From positions 1 to 50,015 of the forward strand of contig JBBQZX010000035.1 of assembly GCA_038207335.1 (NCBI GenBank): DNA of 50,015 nt. The letters are read 5' to 3'. The translations under genes and the position numbers were made by a program. The notes beneath the pieces were generated by a model. That model did no database searches. It saw nothing but the letters and a program-made list of their open reading frames with translations, and was not told the origin of the DNA. The DNA comes from Chthoniobacterales bacterium. GTDB taxonomy: Bacteria; Verrucomicrobiota; Verrucomicrobiia; Chthoniobacterales; Chthoniobacteraceae. Below, piece after piece: positions 49,878-50,015 of this stretch. Position 1 is the stretch's first letter; every line of letters begins with the position of its first letter.

Positions 49878-50015
49878 ATGTTCATCAAAAACACCGCCAT
49901 TGTTCTCGCCTTACTTCTCACTTCTCTCTCTGCGGACGCAGGTCACGCAATCTACAACTCCATTGGAAGGCAGACAATTTACGGGAACAGTCAAATCACG
50001 CCAGTCACCGCTAGA
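49878..50015 (+). CDS. Hypothetical secreted protein, 5' part only
   Basis: MFIKNTAIVLALLLTSLSADAGH... signal-peptide-like, open to the window end. Confidence 0.45.
   Translation, partial: MFIKNTAIVLALLLTSLSADAGHAIYNSIGRQTIYGNSQITPVTAR

Larger units (their letters stand above)
48594..50015. mobile_element. Probable end of an integrated element (prophage, satellite or island) at tRNA-Thr
   Basis: Begins at the tRNA 3' end and has non-coding repeats, a phage-like HTH ORF and an AT-rich distal part. No integrase in the window. Confidence 0.55.

Overview
GC-rich bacterial chromosome segment. Gene content points to Verrucomicrobiota, probably Chthoniobacter-like (inference from the DUF1592/DUF1552 pair, Trx7/PDZ protein, CotH/lamin-tail giant and RsmA-Nudix fusion). 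Housekeeping and stress genes include katG, hemL, trmL, a class III PPK2 and a tightly coupled rex-ogg-comB-tonB-exbB-exbD-def-rsmA operon. There are two giant secreted proteins: a 2760-aa GH13 + GH57-like alpha-glucan enzyme and a ~2180-aa CotH/LTD/PA14 protein. A decayed large secreted gene follows the first. tRNA-Thr(CGT) is followed by the start of a probable integrated element. Signals missed by the ORF track: (1) a decayed copy of the thiC 3' end between accessory genes at ~9.5 kb; (2) a shared acidic-repeat + 'RFY(R/K)V' C-terminal domain on three secreted proteins, a candidate sorting signal; (3) rsmA appears to need a CTG start overlapping the def stop; (4) a perfect ArsR-type operator; (5) GTAG-type REP palindromes; (6) a 19/21-bp inverted repeat plus CTGTCACC repeats next to the tRNA; (7) a homopolymer frameshift in an ABC ATPase. 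All family calls come from motif recognition by eye; no database searches were run.
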